NCBI RefSeq assembly: GCF_036971445.1
Contig: NC_091472.1
Span: 91,822,001 to 91,886,000 of the forward strand
Direction of reading: 5' to 3'
DNA from: Narcine bancroftii
Taxonomy: Eukaryota
Length of the DNA: 64,000 nucleotides
Under the pieces are notes generated by a model. That model ran no database searches, was not told the origin of the DNA, and saw only the letters and a list, made by a program, of their open reading frames with translations. Below are positions 1 to 14,299 of the stretch, in pieces. Made by a program: the position numbers and the translations under genes. The stretch's first letter is position 1; each line of letters begins with the position of its first letter.

Positions 1-1280
1 AATCCAGAGGAAGCTAGAGACAGCTATGTCAGGGAGTGCAGGCCTTTACAGCCTACAAATAGATGGCTATGATGCTTCATTACCTGATGAACCGAACACC
101 TTCTATGCCTGCTTTGAGAAGAAGAACCAAACAGTCCCTACTAGAATACAAGTAAAGCCTGAGGACCTGTGATATCTGTCTCTGAGGGGGGTGTCAGAAC
201 ATCATTCAAGAGGGTGAACCCTCGCAAGAAACAGGCCCTGATAGCGGACCTGGAAGGGTACTGAAAATTTGCACCAACCAACTAGCTGGAGTGTTCACGA
301 TCATTTTCAATCTCTCATTGCAGCAGTCAGAGGTTCCTGCTTCAAAAGCTCATCAATCATCCTGGTACCCAAGAAAAGTCGTGTGAGCTGCTCTACACAT
401 TATACACCTGTGACTATGTGGTCAGGCACAATTCCAATGCCATCTACAAGATTGCATATAACACCACAGTTGTTGGCAGAATCACAAACAGCAATGAGGA
501 AGCGTCCAGGAGGGAGATCGATCAGTACGTTGAATGGTATAACGACTTCAACCTTGTGTTCAACATCAGAAAAACTAAGGAGATGATTGTAGACTTCAGG
601 AGGAAGTCAGGAGAATACAACCCAGTCCTCATTGAGGGCTCAGTAGTGGAGAGGGTCAAGAACTTCAAATTTCTGGGTGTCCACATCTCCGAGGATCTGT
701 CCTGGATCTCCAAGTTGGTGCAATCACAAAGAAGGTTCGCCAGCGGCTATACTTTGTGAGGTGTCTGAGGAGATTCAATAGGTCACCGAAGACTCTCATA
801 AACTTCTATAAGTGTCCCGTGGAGAACATTCTGGCTGGTTGCATCACCGCCTGGTATGGAGGTGCCAACTGTCAGGACAAGAATAAACTCCAGAAGGTTG
901 TTAACTTGCCCTGCAATATCATAAGCACCAGACTTCACTCCATTGAGGACATCTACATGAGGTGGTGTCTTGAAAAAGCAGCCTTTATCCTTAAAGGCCC
1001 CACCACCACCCAGGCCATGCCCTCTTCACTCTGCTACCATTGGTAAAAAAGTACAGGAACCTAAAGATGAGCAAACAATGGCACAAAGACAGTTTCTTCC
1101 CCACTGTCATCAGGTCCCTGTATAATCACTGCACCAAAGACACTGCCTTACTTTTTGTGCACTATTATTTTTTTTATATAGTAATGTTATAAGATGGTTT
1201 ATAATTTGAAGGTTTGCACCATGACGCTGCTGCAAAACACCGAATTTCATGGCTTGTTCATGACAATAAATTCTGATTCT
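1..1280 (+). mobile_element. Rex/Babar-type non-LTR retrotransposon, decayed ORF2 (RT and C-terminal region) with 3' tail
   Basis: Frameshifted peptides such as 'KTKEMIVDFRRK..VERVKNFKFLGVHISEDLSW' and 'LINFYKCPVENILAGCITAWYG..LQKVV' are typical of Rex1/Babar ORF2. It ends in AATAAA plus (TTCTGA)-like repeats at ~1266-1280. Confidence 0.8.
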
Positions 1281-3716
1281 TATTCTAGTACTTTCTCTGC
1301 ATAATCTTTGGAAATCATGTCAAAGTTGGTGTCATCCAAATGATAGAAAGAATCCCTCTTGAATTGTCTCTTTAAGCTCAATGTATGTTGTTCAGCAACA
1401 ATTCTATTGTCAGGCATGCATATTTCTCTTTTCTTCAAAGGTGATCCAATGCAATAATGGCCATCTCCTAGCTGGCAGATTTTCAGACTAAATCCAAGAT
1501 CTGCTTGTCTTCTCTTGAAGGTTCTTGGCCATCACTGAGGCACTCAGGAAAATCAGTTCTGAATTGCTGTTCCCACAGCTCATCACATTTCACTACTGAT
1601 ATCCTGTTGACACTTGTCGCTAACTGCTCCTGAGCATTATCATTTTTTTTTCCTCCTTATGGTCCATTAAACCAAGTATGGTTTTGACAACACAAGGTCT
1701 GTCTCTCACATTCCGTATTACATCTAGTGGTTCCAGAGCCTTTGGTATAGCCAATCAGCAGCTCAGAGCCAATTTCAGGTAGAAGAACATTTCTCAGATG
1801 AGACCACTGATCGATATCGTTTTGATGTGGGATGTTTCTTTTGTGCACAGGCATAGTTTTTTGAGTGTATATGCATGGGAGATCACAAAAATCACTGGAG
1901 TCCAGCGACCTCTAAGCCTGAAACAATGCTGGTTTCAATGACCTTCCCTTGACCCATAATTCCCAATAGAATATTTGACTTTCTTCCCTGAAGATTGTTT
2001 ATTCATTAGCCCACCTGTGCAAAATGATGCAGTGCTACCTGGGTCAAGAAATGCATAAGTATGCACTGCTGCATTCATTCCCCTTCCTGGCCTTGACTAG
2101 TATTGAGAGTTTGCAGTTATCTTCACCAGCCCCAGTAAGACCACTTGTCTGAACAGAGGCCACAGCACTGTTTTCAGCTGATTCCTTCCTTTCTGCTTGC
2201 TCCTCTTCCATTTCCTTCTTTCTTTGGCAGATATGCAACATTCTGGGATGTTGCAGCTGAGTCGCTTCCTGCAGTTTTTGCTGATGTATCCTTTACACAG
2301 ACAGACAAAATATACTCCATTTTCTTTTAGGCAAGTGATTTTCTCACAATCTGCCCTCTTTTCCAACTGTGGACACATCTCCAAAGCATGTCCACCTCCA
2401 CAGAACAAACAGCTCGTCACAGCAATTGTCACAGTGATGGCAAAGATACTTCCTTTTATTCTTGGATGAGGCTGTGACTTGGACCTCCTTACATCTTTGC
2501 TCACTGTTGGAGTGTCTTTGATATCTCCAGATATTGGCTCTGCTGCAATCTGCACTTGCCATTCAGGAAAATCCTCCATATACTTAAAGGTAGCTCTTTC
2601 ACTGTGTTTTTCCTGGAACTTGCAGGCCACTGCTCACTACATATCCCTCAGCTGGTAGGGCAACTTCCTTATGATGACTAGTGTATTAGCAGGCATGTCA
2701 AGCTCATGCATGTAATTGATATCTTCTATGGCATTACAACATCCTCTTAGAAAGAAGGTATATGCCTGTAGAGCTTTTGGCCATATGTAGGCAACTTCTT
2801 ACAAGTTCCCTTGGCTGTCCTCTTGTGTACTGTTCCAGATAATAACTTAAATCTCCTTCTTGGGCATGGAAGAAAGATTCTGTAGCTGAATTAATAATGC
2901 AGTGATTTCATTTTACCTTTCTATGACTGAGAATACATTTCTCTGTTCACCGTTGCTTGTAGCAGGTAATGTAGCTGGAGATGTCACATGTGCATTTTCA
3001 CCCAGATTTCTGATGCTTGACTGAGGTGTCAAGGAAGCTGTGATGAGAGTTTGGATTTGAGCTGCAGCTCGGTCTGCGGTTGTTATTATTGGTGTTTGTG
3101 GATTGGTAACACTGTGCTTTGGGAGGATGTGTCCATTTGTATGCATGCCTTGTAACAGTGGTACAAAAGGATGTGTCTTAGCATTAAGCGTTTTTTTTCC
3201 GTTGTCCTTTCTCAAAATATGACTCCATATCATCAAATTCTTCAGATAAATTACTTCCAACACCAGATCCCTTTGAGGTTTCTAGTACCTTCACTTTGGC
3301 CATAGTAGCAGCAATATTTGCTTCCAGCTCCAGCTGCTCTTTTTTCCTCCTTAGCTGTTCCTCCCACTCTTCCAAGGCGCATTTATCCTAAAGCAATTTT
3401 TGTCATACAACAAGACCAGCCACTTCAGCCTCAGCCTTTATACATGCAAACATAATACTGGAAACTGGTATTTGATCCAGAAGAACTTTGTTTGCTTCCC
3501 CTGCTTCCAACATTTGACACACTATCACCTGATTGTATTTCATCACTCATGTCAGATGTCGCCATAATATTTGACTCTTTCTTCAGTTTGATTTGCACAT
3601 CTTTTGCATTTTCATCCTCTTCACACTATTTTGTGACACACCTTCAGCAATTTTAAATTCAGTCCATGTCTTCTGTGGCAGTTCTACAGGGTCTTCATTC
3701 CCATCAACCAAAGCCA

Positions 3717-3876
3717 CCTCTTCTTCTATTGCCTGTTTCAGCCTCTCAATGAGAATGCTTTTGACACCACTGATACCTAGGTTCTGCTGCTTCAGTTCTG
3801 ATTTGAGATCTACGACCCGCAAGTCTGTGATATATTGCGCCTCAGTGGCATTGCCAGCAGCAGTGGTATCAGCCGT
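3717..3876 (-). pseudogene. SLTM/SAFB-like N-terminal SAP-domain coding fragment embedded in BEL gag
   Basis: Reads (ACG)[52 protein letters not shown], closely resembling the recalled vertebrate SLTM N-terminus (..[39 protein letters not shown]). The start codon appears mutated ATG>ACG. Confidence 0.7.
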
Positions 3877-4316
3877 TTTATGCTTCTACCTTCAACCATC
3901 CGCTGAGCTTGAGCATTAAGCATGCGCAACACAAGCCCAAAATCAATAGTTCCAAATGGACAAGTGGCAGCAGTCAACAATATCGCTGTGACTCGACCAG
4001 CATGTATATAGGACATTCTGTTCTAAGGTTAGCAGCTTTGGTCCTTTCTGTGGCCGAAGCTCAGACTGATGGAGGTGGATTGCTATCAGCAGCCTGTGCT
4101 CAGCATTTACAACATGGCCACCATATTATTTTCAGTATTGTTCCAAACCGAAGAGGGGAAATATTCTAAATGTTCCAACGTCATCTATTCAATCCAAAAG
4201 TTCAAGATTCAAGGCACCCCTGCAGTTCTGTCGTAGATGCAGCTATTTTCTGTTCACTAAAACATAGCGAATACTATCCATGAAAAGGCCGCTTGGAAGC
4301 TAAGTAGGCTCTTAAC

Positions 4317-4678
4317 TGTGACACATTGGATTAAGTTCATAGTGAAGTCCAGATATGTTTTAAACTGTTTATTAATGAACACAAAAGGACTCGTAATGTG
4401 ACCTGATTGCCGTACGAAACATAATAACGACTGTGGTAATGTCCATGGTAACATGGTAACGATAAACAGAAAATATTAGAGCCCTATTCATCCTCCCCAT
4501 CTCTATCCCGGCATACCAGTCAGCATGACCTAACCACTGCCCAACCGTCTGTGCAACCCCCGGCCATGCACCAATGACTGAAGTGAATAGCACATGCACA
4601 CCGAAACAGAATGCGCGCAGCCTCCTGATGCCAGCAGCCAAACCAACAACAATAAACAACACACCTTTGGCTCTTACA
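4317..4678 (-). repeat. 5' LTR of the BEL/Pao element (~362 bp)
   Basis: On the minus strand it begins TGTAAGAG (4678) and ends TGTCACA (4317), with an internal AATAAA (tttatt at ~4368). It lies directly upstream of the gag region. Confidence 0.6.
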
Positions 4679-4994
4679 AGTGCAGTGGAATATTGAGGAT
4701 CTGATTCACTGTCAGAAGTGGCATTTTCTATAGAAAATTAGATTCTGAGGTACCTGTCCTCTTAACAGGTATAAAAAGGGCATGATACAAAGATGAGTTG
4801 GAGAGTTCTCCATATGTCAAACTTTACCGCTCAACAAACAGCACTAGAAAGCTTCTCTTCATTATAACAGTATTTGTGTGAACTTGCTTTTGCAAATTGG
4901 CTGTCACTTTACTTTCAATGGTCATTTAGAGTGTTGATAAATGCAATAACTTATTTATGTGAGCAAGATTAGGTTGGGTTGGGGAAGAAAATAC

Positions 4995-5710
<716 letters not shown>

Positions 5711-5929
5711 TTATAGTGTAATTTATACATTCTTACAAGAGGTGGGTGACAGAATGAGCAGGGCTCCTTATATATTGTCTTGAGGTTCATAATACAATTC
5801 TGAATAATTCTTCTCCACTTTGAGTGGCAATGGGCTAGAGATTCCCAGGAGTAATTGGTGATTTGCAATTATTTAAGGATGGACTCAAAGCAGCACTGAA
5901 GCAGTGGGAAAAGGTGACCCTGATATAGA

Positions 5930-8900
5930 TGTTAAAGTTAGTATGTTTAGTAGAGAGGACATGCAAGGGATAGTTTGGGAGTGAGAAAGATTGAACTGTA
6001 TGTATTTTAACGCAAGAAACCTGACAGATGAACTCAAGAGTGTGGAGTGGTACATAGGACTGAAATATCATAGCCATAACAGAAACATGGCTGATTAAAG
6101 GGCAGGACTGGCAGCTCAATGTTCCAGGATGCAAATGCTACAGGCATGATAGTGTTACACGTGAAAGAGCAGGGAGAGTTGCATTTTTGATCAGGGAAGA
6201 TATCACGGCAATAGTTAGAGAGGATATTCTTGAGTTATAGTTCAGTGAGGATATATGGATGGAGCTTAGAAATGAGAAGGGGACGTTCATTTTAAAGGGG
6301 TTTTATTCATGATCCAGCTCCCCCCAAAAAAATTTGCAGGAATTATAGATCAGAGATAGCTATAAGAATCATATGATAGTAATAGTTGGTGATTTTAACT
6401 TCCCTCATAATGACTGATATTCCCATAGTGCAATGGGCTTGGATGGGGTGGAATTTCTTGAGCTTCAAGAAAAGCATTCATGAACAATGCATAGAGGTCC
6501 CAAATAGAGATAATGCAAAACTGAACCTCCTAATAGGGAATGAGCAGGGCAAGTGACTGAATAGTAACGGGAGCACATTGGGACCAGACAATACATTTCA
6601 TAGTTTTAAAATAATTATGGGAAAAGCAAGGAAGTTTTGAAGCCATTAGATAGGAATTTTCAGAGGTTGATTGGGAGATGATGTTTACAGATAAAGGTAT
6701 ACATGCCAAGTGTAAATCTTTTAAAAGGGAAAGGAAGAGTTTAATGACAGTGTGTTCCTGTTAGAGAGGGGAAAGGCTGACAATAAAGGGCAACACTAGT
6801 TAATGAAGGATATTGAGGGCCTGGTTAGAAAAAAAAGGTACATGTCAGGTAAAGGAAGTAGAGATCAAGCAAATTCTTCGAGGAGATTAATAAAATTGGA
6901 CTAAACTTGAAAGAGAAATTAAGAGGAAGATATATCTCTGGCAGACAAAGTAAAGATAAAAGTTCAAATTTATTATCAGACTATATACATGACATCACAT
7001 ACAATCCTGAGATTCTGTTTCCTGTAGGACAGGTAGGCTTTCTACTTACTGATAACTGTAAAATGTACTCAAAAAAAGAAAAAACTATAAACAAATTGAC
7101 TGTGAAAATACAGAAGTATTTTTATTTGGTGGTAAAGTCTCAAGAGATATCACAGGTATATCAAGATCAAAAAGGCAAATAGGGAGAGAATAAGTCCCCT
7201 TAAGGGTCAATATAGTCATTGATGCAGAGCCACTGGAGATGGGCAAGGTCTTAAACAAATATTCCTCAACTGTATTTGATATGAAGGTGGTCATAGAAGC
7301 TAAGGAATTATGGCAAATGAATAATGATGTCTTGATAATTTTGTAATATCCAAATTACAAAAGAGATGCGAGCAGCCTTAAAACATATTAAGGTGAATAA
7401 ACCTACAGTGGCACAGACAATTAACTGAAAGATAACTGAGGCATGCAAGAACGGAACGACAGTTGTCATGGGGACTTTAACTTCCACTTATATTAGGAAA
7501 ATCAACTTGGTCGAGGGAGTCTAGAGGATGACTTCATAGAATGTATCCATGATAGGTATCTTGAGCAGCATGTTAAGGAACCAACAAGGGAGAATGCTAT
7601 TTTAGATCTAGTAGTGTGCAATGAGATAGGTAAAATTAACGATCTAGTAGTTAGGGACCCTCTTGAAAAAAGCGATCATAGTATTTGTCATATAGATAGA
7701 GGGTGCAATAATTAGACCTAAAACTAGTGACTTATACTTGAAAAGGGGAAACTACAACAGGACAAGGGAGTAATTGGTCAATGTGGACTGAGAGCACAGG
7801 CTAGTTGGCAGAAAAGTTGAGGAACAGTGGAATACTTTCAAAGAGATTTTTCACAAGTCTCAGCAAAAATAAGGGCAATAAGACAAGGAGAGTCATCCTT
7901 GGTTAACTAAGGAAATTATAAAATTAAAAGCTCATGTGTACAAAGTAGCCAAGAGTAGTGGCTGAAGGATTGGGAAAATGTTAAAAGGCAACAAAGGACA
8001 ACTAAATGGGAAATAAGGAAAGGAAAGAAGGATTATGAAGGTAAATTAGCACAAAATATAAAAACAAATAGCAAAAAATTTATAAATATATAAAACAGAA
8101 GAGGGTGACTATAAGATGAGAAAGGGAGATTGATATTGAGAAATGAGGAAATGGCTGAGGAAATGAACAGATATTTTGTGTCAGTCTTCATGACGAAGGA
8201 CACGTCCAGCGTGCCAAAGAGTGGTGATAGGGATGCGAAAGGAGGTGAAGGCCTCAATTAAAATAATTTACAAAAGAAATAGTGATGAGCAAACTAATGG
8301 GACTGAAAGTGGACAAATCTCCTGGTCCTAATGGGATGCATCCCAGGGTAGTGAGGGAAATGCCGGGAGTAATAGTTGATGCGTTGGTAGTCATTTACCA
8401 AAATTCTCTGGATTCTGGGCAGGTCCTGACAGATTAGAAGACAGCAAATGTCACACAACTTTTTAGAAAGGGATATAGGCAGAAGACGGGTAACTATTGG
8501 CCACTTAGCTTAACGTCTGTAGTCAAGAAAATGCTTGAAGTTGTCATTAAGGATGAAATAGCAAGACATTTAGAACAAAGGGATTCCATCAGGCAGATGA
8601 AGCATGGATTCAGAAAGGGCAGGTCTTGTTTGACAAACTTGCTGGAGTTCTTTGAGGATATAATGGGTGCGGTAGATAGAGGGGAACTGGTTGATGTTGT
8701 ATATTTGGATTTCCAGAAGGCATTTGATAAGGTGCCGGACAAGAGACTTATCAACAAGATACAGATGGAGTCGGGGGAAATATATTGGCATGGATTGATG
8801 ATTGGTTAACTGACAGAAGGCAGAGAGTCGGGATAAATGGGTGTTTTTCTGATTGGAAGACAGTGGTAAGTGGGGTGCCGCAGGGGTTGATGCTGGGCCC

Positions 8901-10680
8901 GCAGCTGTTCACCATTTACATTGATGATTTGGAAGAGGCAACAGAGTGTAGTGTAGCCAAGTTTGCAGATAATACTAAAATTTAGTGGAAAGCAAATTGT
9001 ACTGAGGATGTGGAGAGGCTACTGAAGGATATGGTTAAGGTCTGGCAGATAGAATACAATGTTAATAAATGTGAGGTTGTCCACTTTGGTATGAAAAATA
9101 GAAGAGCAGATGATTATTTAAATGGTGAAAGCTGCAGCATGCTGTAGTGCAGGTACAACAGGTTATTAAGAAGGCAAATGGAATGTTGGCCTTCATTGCT
9201 AGAGGAATTGAATTCAAGAGCAGGGATGTCATGCTGCAATTATACAAAGTACTGGTGAGGCCGCACCTGGAGTCTGTGTACAGTTCTGATCTCCATACTT
9301 GAGGAAGGATATACTGGCCTTGAAAGCAGTCCAGAGAAGATTCACCAGGTTGATCCCGGAGATAAGGGGTTGACCTACGAGGAGAGACTAAATCGTCTGG
9401 AATTATATTCACTCAAATTCAGAAGAATGAGAGGAAATCTTAAAGAAACACAAAATTATGAAAGGGGTAGATAAGACAGAGGCAGGAAAATTGTTTTCAC
9501 TGGTAGACGAGACCAAACTAGGGGACACAGCCTCAAAATCCAGGGGAGTAGATTTAAGATGGAAATTAGGAAAAACTGTTTTTCCCAGAGAGTAGTGAAT
9601 CTGTGGAATTCTCTGCCTGGGGAATTGGTTGAGGTTATTTCATTAAACATATTTAAGGTTCAGTTAGATAGATTTTTACATTAAAAAAGGAATTAAGGGA
9701 TATGGGGAAAAGGCAGGTAGGTGGAGTTGAGTCGATGATCAGATCAGCCATGATCTTATTGAATGCGGAGCAGACTCAGAAGGCCAGATAGTCTACTCTT
9801 GCTCCTATTTCTTGTGTTCCCTTGGACATTGTGGAAAGGGAAGGAAGAAATTATAGGCACTCTACCAGAGATACTTGTATCATTAATTATAGGTGAGGTA
9901 CCTGAAGAATGGCAAATGGTTCTGCCTTTATTTAACAAGTGTTGCAAGGACAAACCAGGCAACTACAGGCTGGTGAGCCTGATATCTTTGGTTGGCAAGT
10001 TACTGGAGGGGATACTGAGGGACAGCATTTGATTGGCAGGAACTGATTAGGGAAAGTCAGCATGGCTTTCTGGGAGGGAAATCATCTCTCATAAAATTGA
10101 TGGAGTTTTTCAAAGTGGTAATCAAGAGGATTAACAAAGCAGAGTTGTGGATATTGCCCACATGAACTTTGGCATGGTCTATGAAATGGTAGTCTGGAAG
10201 GTTTAAATCGCATGGGATCCAGAGTGAGCTAGCCAATTGGATACAAAATTGGCTTGTTGGTGGGAGACAAAGGGTGATAGTGGAGGATTGGGGGCCTGTG
10301 ACTAGTGGTATGCCATAGGGTTCAGTGAGAACCCATTGATAATTGTCATCTATATCAATGATTTAGTTGAAAATGTACATGGCATGTTTAGCAAGCTTAC
10401 AAATGACACTAAAATATCCGGTATTATAGATAGAGAAGCAAGTTGCCGAAGATTGGGCAGCGGAATGGTTGAGAATATAGAGAACTAACATGGGTAGGAT
10501 CTACAGATTCTGGGGAATATAGCATTGGGACCCTGAAAGTGGCATCACAGGGTGTTCAAAAAGGTTTTCGGCGTGTTGGCCTTTATCAATCAGAATATTG
10601 AAATAGAAGATGAGAGATCATGTTGTAGTTAAAAAGACGTTGGTGAAGCCCCATTTGGATTAATGTGTTCAGCTTTGGTC
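5930..10680 (+). mobile_element. Two nested, decayed CR1 LINEs (inner copy ~7410-9820 inserted into an older copy)
   Basis: APE-domain remnants (GDFNFP) and RT motifs 'HGFRKGRSCLTNLLEFFE..VYLDFQKAFDKVP' and 'SGVPQG..FTIYIDDL..KFAD'. The inner copy ends with a CR1 3' tail at ~9820, then the outer ORF2 resumes ('KDKPGNYRLVSL'). Confidence 0.8.
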
Positions 10681-11049
10681 ACAAAAGATGAGATAGGGTA
10701 ACCAACATTTTTGGCCCAAACCATTTGTCAAGTTCTCAGGCCCGAAACACTGTTTATCCTTTATTTCCTATAGATGCTGCATGACTTGCTGAATTTTTCC
10801 AAGTCTTTAATCCATTGCACAGGAGAAATATCACTACTTCAGCAAACTCTTTGACAAGGTCCAGCGTGGAAGAGTAGTTTTCAAGGTTAGATTACATGGG
10901 ATCCAAAGAGAGATGGTCCATTAAATTCAAACTTGATAGTGGCAAGAGTTGGAGGGCAGTAGTAGAGGGCTGCTTTCTGAATGGAGGCTTTTGACCAATG
11001 GTGTGTCTCAGGGGTTAGTGCTGGGTCCACTGCTGTTTGTTGTCTCTAT

Positions 11050-13415
11050 TTTTCAGATTTTAGATTTATGATCAGAGTACATATATGACAGCACATACAA
11101 CCAAGATTCTTTTGCAGCGTGAGGCAGAATTACCATTTATTAGTATTGAAAACCTGTAAATAGCAAATACATGTAAACAAATAAAGAACTGTAAACTGAC
11201 CATACAATACTGAACTTTTTAAAAATCAATGAAGTGCAGAAGTCTTTCTTTGGCTTGGCTTCGCGGATGAAGATTTATGGAGGGGTATGTCCACGTCTGC
11301 TGCAGGCTCGTTGGTGACTGACAAGTCCGATGTGGGACAGGCAGGCACGGTTGCAGTGGTTGCAAGGGAAAATTGGTTGGTTGGGGTTGGGTGTTGGGTT
11401 TTTCGTCCTTTGTCTTTTGTCAGTGAGGTGGGCTCTGCGGTCTTCTTCAAAGAAGGTTGCTGCCCGCCGAACTGTGAGGCGCCAAGATGCATGGTTGGAG
11501 GCGATATCAGCACACTGGCGGTGGTCAATGTGGCAGGCACAAAGAGATTTCTTTAAGCAGTCCCTGTACCTCTTCTTTGGTGCACCTCTGTCTCGGTGAC
11601 CAGTGGAGAGCTCGCCTCATAACACAATCTTGGGAAGGCGATGGACCTCCATTCTGGAGACGTGACCCACCCAGCGCAGTTGGGTCTTCAGCAGCATGGA
11701 TTCGATGCTTGCGGACTCTGCCAGCTCGAGTACTTCGATGTTGGTGATGAAATTACTCCAATGAATGTTGAGGATGGAGTGGAGACAGCGCTGATGGAAG
11801 CATTCTAGAAGCCGTAGGTGATGCCGGTAGAGGACCCATGATTCGGAGCCGAACAGGAGCGTGGGTATGACAACGGCTCTGTACACACTGATTTTTATGT
11901 GTTTCTTCAGGTGGTTGTTTTTCCAGACTCTTTTGTGTAGTCTTCCAAAGGAGCTATTTGCCTTGGCGAGTCTGTTGTCTATCTCATTGTCGATCCTTGG
12001 ATCAGATAAAATGGTGCAGCCGAGGTAGGTAAACTGGTTGACCATTTTGAGTTCTGTGTGCCCGATGGAGATGTGGGGGGAGCTGGTAGTCATGGTAGTG
12101 AGCTGGCTGATGGAGGACCTCAGTTTTCTTCAGGCTGACCTCCAGGCCAAACATTTTGGCAGTTTCCGCTAAACAGGACGTCATGGGCTGGAGAGCTGGC
12201 TCTGAATGGGCAACTAAAGCGGCATCGTCTGCAAAGAGTAGTTCACGGACAAGTTGCTCTTGTGTCTTGGTGTGAGCTTTCAGGCGCCTCACATTGAAGA
12301 GACTGCCATCCCTGTGGTACCGGATGCAAACAGCGTCTTCATTGTTGAGGTCTTTCATGGGTTGTTTCAGCATCATGCTGAAGAAGATAGTAAAGAAGGT
12401 TGGTGCGAGGACGCAGCCTTACTTCACGCCGTTGTCAATGGAGAAGTGTTCGGAGAGCTCATTGCTGTATCTGACCCGACGTTGTTGGCTTTCATGCAGT
12501 TGGATAACCATGTTGAGGAACTTGGGGAGGCACCCAAGGTGCTCTAGTATTTGCCAAAGCCCTTTCCTACTCACGGTGTCGAAGGCTTTGGTGAGGTCAA
12601 CAAAGGTGATGTAGAGTCCTTTGATTTGTTCTCTGCACTTTTCTTGGAGCTCTCTGGGGGCAAAGACCATGTCAGTAGTTCCTCTGTTTGCGCGAAAGCC
12701 ACACTGTGATTCTGGGAGGACATTTTCGGCGACACTAGGTATTAGTCTATTAAGGAGAATCCTAGCGTATATTTTGCCTGCAATGGAGAGCAGCGTGATT
12801 CCCCTGTAATGCACAAGTAAGAGTACTTAAGAGTCTTTAATTGAGTTTGTTGTTGAGGATTCTGATGGTGGAGGGGTAGTAGCTGTTCCTGGACCTGGTG
12901 ATGCGAGTCTTGTGGCACCTATACCTCTTTCCTGATGGCAGCAGTGAGAATAGAACTGGGTGGTCTGGATCTTTGATGATTACTGCTGCTCTCTGAAGGC
13001 AGTGTTCCCTGTAGAGTTTCTTGATAGTGGGGAGGGTTTTGCCTGTGATGTCCTGGGCTGTGTCCACTAACTTTTGGAGGGCTTTATACTCAGGGGTATC
13101 GATGTCCCCATACCAGACTGCGATGCAGCCAGTCAGCACACTTTCCACTTCACATCTGCCAGGATTTCTGGTGTCATATCAAACCTCCGCAAACTCCTGA
13201 GGAAATAGAGGCGCTGATGTGCTTTCTTCACTATGCCATCAGTGTGTTGTGTCCAGGAAAGATCCTCCAAGATAGTGACTCTCATGAACTTAAATTATTT
13301 TGCTCACCCTCTCGACCTCTGACCTCCCCCCCACCCCCCCCCCCCCCCCCAGTGAGGTAAACACTGGCTTTCCCTTCCTACAGTCAACAATCAGCTCCTT
13401 ATTTTAGCTGACATT
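11050..13415 (-). mobile_element. Rex/Babar-type LINE 3' fragment (12810-13415 plus tail 11050-11243), split by an RTE; itself inserted into a CR1 fragment (10830-11050, 13415-13700)
   Basis: ORF 12837-13148 'ESVLTGCIAVWYG..LQKLV..FSLLPSGKRYR..SYYPSTIRILN' is the Rex C-terminus. The 3' UTR continues on the other side of the RTE. Confidence 0.65.
11244..12809 (-). mobile_element. RTE-clade (BovB-like) LINE, 5'-truncated, relatively young
   Basis: RT motifs 'YRGITLLSIAGK..PESQCGFR..FVDLTKAFDTV', 'LLFADD', 'LGCTI..EIDNRLAKA' and 'QLRWVGHVSRM'. The 3' tail is GAAGCCAAGCCAAAGAAAG. Few frameshifts. Confidence 0.88.
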
Positions 13416-13968
13416 GATTGCAAGGTTGTTGTTGGATAATTTATTTGGATGAGAATGTAATTAACATGATCTGTAACTTTACACATAACACTAAAATTTG
13501 TAGTGTAGTGGACTGTGAGGAAGGATATCTATGTTTACATCAGAATCGGTTGAGTTGGTGGGCCAAGGTATGGAAGATGGAATTGAATTCTGACTCTGAA
13601 CATGAGGTGATCAGCTTTGGTAAATCAAACCAAGGGTTATTTAAGTACTTTTCTAATTATAAAAGCACAAATTATGTAAATGGCGAGAGGGCCATGGAAA
13701 ATGGCCAAACCTGATCAGCAAATCATTGACTTGTTTTCTTGCAGATCTCTCTGAATCAAGTTTACAGAATACATTAGGAAAGGGTCAGAGAGCTGAAATA
13801 AAAAGCAGATTATAGGAGTTGGTTCCATTGGGTTTGGTCCTTCATATTATAGCCACATCATTTGCAAAATTCACAGTAGCCAAAGCAGGCTTCAAACACA
13901 ATTTATTTCATCCAAATGCGAACAAAGACCAACTCTAGTGAAAGATCTCTATACCAAAAATCACATAC

Positions 13969-14054
13969 TTCAGAAAGTCAGTCTCCCTCAGGATTCTCTT
14001 GACTTGCGGACTGCTCAGAATCTTGGGAGAATGCAAATCCATGGAAATGGTCTC
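13969..14054 (-). CDS. DZANK1: DZANK1 coding exon 6 (ETISMDLHSPKILSSPQVKRILRETDFLK)
   Basis: 86 nt, acceptor ttcag, donor AA|gtatgt, phase 0 to 2. The conserved 'RIxRETDFLK' motif precedes the zinc ribbon. Confidence 0.88.
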
Positions 14055-14299
14055 CTGAAGAGTACAAAAAAAGTTACAAATTTGAAATACAACTATTGCA
14101 ATTTTAAATTTATTCATTTCTAATGTTAACTTTCAATTTGACCTACACATTAACTGAACTAAAGAATTCAATCAAAAAAAAGTGCAGGAAGTTACCCTTT
14201 GTTAGAGATCAATGATCGCACACTCATGGAAATGACACATAAATACAAAACTAGCAGATTATTCCCAGATGAAGATCTATATAGATTCTAATGCCATTT

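Larger units (their letters stand above)
1285..4678 (-). mobile_element. BEL/Pao LTR retrotransposon, 3'-truncated (5' LTR, gag, protease, start of pol), decayed
   Basis: Minus-strand gag remnants 'EEQLRRKKEQLELEANIAATMAKVKVL', 'LNAKTHPFVP' and BEL-type Cys knuckles 'CLFCGGGHALEMC..CLCKGYISKNCRKRLSC'. Protease motif 'YAFLDPGSTASFC' near 2030-2070. Many stops and frameshifts. Confidence 0.8.
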
